Shown piece after piece: positions 61,546 to 64,000 of a DNA stretch of 64,000 nt. Every line of letters starts with the position of its first letter. Position 1 is the first letter of the stretch. Under the pieces are notes generated by a model. It did no database searches, was not told the origin of the DNA, and saw only the letters and a program-made list of their open reading frames with translations. The DNA is from Candidatus Omnitrophota bacterium (lineage in GTDB: Bacteria > Omnitrophota > Gorgyraeia > Zapsychrales > Zapsychraceae): NCBI GenBank assembly GCA_050250375.1, contig JBFWOS010000001.1, positions 1,022,361-1,086,360 of the forward strand, in the 5' to 3' direction. The translations under genes and the position numbers were made by a program.

Positions 61546-62381
61546 CCGACAACGGCTCCTGAAGACAGTCCTTTAATGATGTGTTTCTGCATGGCCAGAT
61601 AGAGAAGAATGATCGGGACTGCCGCGATCGTCAACCCGGCCATCAACATCGGGTAATTGGTATTGTGAACACCGGCGAATTCCATCAGCCCCTTTTGAAG
61701 CGGCATATGTTTCGTGTCGCTTAAGAGCAGCTGGGCCAAAATGAATTCGTTCCAGACATTCAATGAATTGAAAATGACTATAACCGCCACCGCCGGCCTG
61801 GCCAGCGGCAACGCAACGTTCCACCAGATCTGCCATTTATTGCACCCATCAATGCGGGCGGCGTCTTCAAGATCTGACGGCATCTTGTCAAAAAATGTTT
61901 TTAAAAGGATTATACTCAACGACAAACCCACATTGATCATACAAAGGATATAACCGATCTTTGTATTCGCCAAATGCAATTTATTCATCAGGACGAACAA
62001 CGGAACAAAGCTGCCCGGCAGCGGGATCATCATCGCGATGACAAACATATAAAAAAAGAAATTTTTACCGGGAAACTTTAACCGTGAAAAGGCAAACGCC
62101 GCCAACGAGGATATCACGACGATCCCTAAAACGACGAAGGTCGTATAAATGAGACTATTAAAAAAATATGTTCCGAAATTACCCTGGATCCAGGCATTCG
62201 GATAATTACTGAAATCGATGACGCTGGGGATGACGGCCTTATCCGTAAAGACGGTCTGGTTGTCCATCAACGAACAGCGGAACATCCAGAACAAGGGGAA
62301 TAAACACGTGGCCGCGACGGTCAACAAGAATATGTGCAGAAAGAAATATTTGACCATTCTTTTAAGCACGTATTGGTTCAT
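61542..62381 (-). CDS. Carbohydrate ABC transporter permease (MalG-like)
   Basis: LEDAARIDG EAA loop, WNEF, PLARP. Confidence 0.93.
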   Translation of the reverse strand: MNQYVLKRMVKYFFLHIFLLTVAATCLFPLFWMFRCSLMDNQTVFTDKAVIPSVIDFSNYPNAWIQGNFGTYFFNSLIYTTFVVLGIVVISSLAAFAFSRLKFPGKNFFFYMFVIAMMIPLPGSFVPLFVLMNKLHLANTKIGYILCMINVGLSLSIILLKTFFDKMPSDLEDAARIDGCNKWQIWWNVALPLARPAVAVIVIFNSLNVWNEFILAQLLLSDTKHMPLQKGLMEFAGVHNTNYPMLMAGLTIAAVPIILLYLAMQKHIIKGLSSGAVVG

Positions 62382-62406
62382 ATGATTTTCCTTCCTTAAT
62401 ATGTGG

Positions 62407-63336
62407 TTACGCCTGCTGCGCTTTATTTGAAACCATTTTCATAACCGCTGAAACCGAAATCAGGATCATCGCAAAATTAATCCCCATGGCGCAGGCATAG
62501 CCGAACTGTTTAGTCCCCTGCATAGCGGCCAGAATGCGGGTGACCGGAACTTCCGTATGATACACCAGCCCCTGACTCACCATAGAGAGGACCAGAATAA
62601 AGGCCTGCATAGCCCCGAGTACCGTCAGGATAACAACCACCAAAATGACCGGAACCATCATCGGGATGGTGACGTTCCAGAACGTCGACCAGTTGTTGGC
62701 CCCGTCCACTTTCGCTGATTCATACAACTGTTTATCAATCGTCTGCAACCCGGCCAGCAGCATAATAAATCCCCATCCGAAGCCCTGCCAGCAATGGACG
62801 ATCGCGATCGACGTCAAAGCGGTCTTTGGATTAGACAACCAATTATTCGTTAAATGATTCAATCCGACATAATCAAGATAATAATTCAACAGCCCGATCT
62901 GTTGTCCGTCCTGTGTGCCCGCATATAAAATCCACCGCCAGATCAAACCGACAACGACTTGTGACAAAACCGGCGGGATGAAAAAAACAACCCGGTAGAA
63001 TTTCTTGAACCTGATTTCGCGGTCACACGCCAGGGCCAGCATGAACGCCAAGACATTCTGAAATGTCAAAGCCCACAATGTGATATACGTGGCGTTCCAG
63101 ATCGACTTCCACCAGATCTTGTCCCCCATGAGTTCTTTGAAATTCTGAAGCCCGACAAAAGTCTTGGGACCGATCCCTTTCCATTCATGCAGTGAAAGAA
63201 TGATGATGTCAATAAACGGATAGATATAGAAAATGGAAAAAATAATAACGGCAGGGATAATAAAAATATAGTTCTCGGAAGTATTCTTTAATCTGGAATA
63301 GTTGATTGTTTTGGTTGCGGTGTTTGTATTAGCCAT
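62407..63336 (-). CDS. Carbohydrate ABC transporter permease (MalF-like)
   Basis: FVGLQNF, LAGLQTID..LYESAKVDGA, FGYACA. Confidence 0.93.
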   Translation of the reverse strand: MANTNTATKTINYSRLKNTSENYIFIIPAVIIFSIFYIYPFIDIIILSLHEWKGIGPKTFVGLQNFKELMGDKIWWKSIWNATYITLWALTFQNVLAFMLALACDREIRFKKFYRVVFFIPPVLSQVVVGLIWRWILYAGTQDGQQIGLLNYYLDYVGLNHLTNNWLSNPKTALTSIAIVHCWQGFGWGFIMLLAGLQTIDKQLYESAKVDGANNWSTFWNVTIPMMVPVILVVVILTVLGAMQAFILVLSMVSQGLVYHTEVPVTRILAAMQGTKQFGYACAMGINFAMILISVSAVMKMVSNKAQQA

Positions 63337-63341
63337 AATTT

Positions 63342-64000
63342 TTATTTAAGCCTGTTGGCCGCTTTTTCCAACTCACGGGTTTTGACCTGCTGAACTTCTT
63401 TGGCCACTTCTTCCGGAGTCTTTTCGCCAATAATAATTGATTGGATGCCTTTATCAAAGGCCTCGGTAACCGCCGGCATCTCATTATATTTCCATAAAGT
63501 CGGATGGGTCGTATTGTCCATGACCTTGGCGAAATCCGAAAGAACCTCCGGGATCGCGGTTAATGCCTTGCGGTTAGCCGGAAGATTCCGCGTCTCATTC
63601 GCCAGATAAATCTGCTGCTGTTCAGACGACAACCATTTTAAAAAGGCAATCGCCTGATCTTTATTCTTTGAATTTTTATTCACAACAAAAGATGATCCCG
63701 CCCCGCCCCAGATTTTCATTGGAAATTTGGAATTGATGGGAGGCGGAAGCATGGCGCTGTATTCAAGATCCGGATTCATGCCATGATAAACGTTCACACA
63801 CCAGGAACCGTTGTAAGCAAACGCCGCCCGTTCAAGAGCGAAATCCTGCTCTGCCTCCTTGTTCGGTTTCGTGACAATCCCTTCAATGAACGCTCCTTCT
63901 TTGCTGAGCGTTTTAAAGATGGAAAGAACCTTGATCCAGTCCTCATCCGTATAGGGAACATCACCACGATAGGTGGCCATAATCTTTTCTTCGCCCATGA
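63342..64000 (-). CDS. Carbohydrate ABC transporter substrate-binding protein (C-terminal part)
   Basis: F...RAA...NGSW, SKNKDQAIAFLKWL, GEKTPEE; the 5' end lies beyond the window. Confidence 0.85.
   Translation of the reverse strand, partial: MGEEKIMATYRGDVPYTDEDWIKVLSIFKTLSKEGAFIEGIVTKPNKEAEQDFALERAAFAYNGSWCVNVYHGMNPDLEYSAMLPPPINSKFPMKIWGGAGSSFVVNKNSKNKDQAIAFLKWLSSEQQQIYLANETRNLPANRKALTAIPEVLSDFAKVMDNTTHPTLWKYNEMPAVTEAFDKGIQSIIIGEKTPEEVAKEVQQVKTRELEKAANRLK

Overview
A gene-dense, mostly minus-strand bacterial chromosome segment. Gene content and style suggest a PVC-superphylum diderm, most likely Candidatus Omnitrophota; this is an inference. Most of it is housekeeping: eno, ftsB, purN, a LpxL-type acyltransferase, lnt, secA, prfB with its programmed frameshift, pilT/U, uvrC, murJ, rpsT, holA, lptE, bamD, comEC/comEA, leuS, thiSGH, cysK, mnmG and three tRNAs (fMet, Phe, Pro). 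The left end holds a YtrA/GntR-ABC-exosortase K operon and an RND+TolC pair. The right end holds a LacI-associated sugar ABC/glycoside hydrolase cluster. The most unusual features are: (1) a 1366-aa membrane-anchored FtsH-like M41 protease with four tandem AAA+ modules, translationally coupled to an unknown lipoprotein; (2) a 1.5-kb tRNA-fMet mini-island carrying a Fic-HTH gene, whose att duplicate is cleanly interrupted by two related double-hairpin insertions, with related 44-bp repeats just upstream of the tRNA; (3) a stand-alone GIY-YIG nuclease joined to tRNA-Phe by two nested bulged hairpins; (4) an unannotated 26-aa bL37-like ribosomal peptide gene. All product calls come from motif recognition by eye; no database searches were run.
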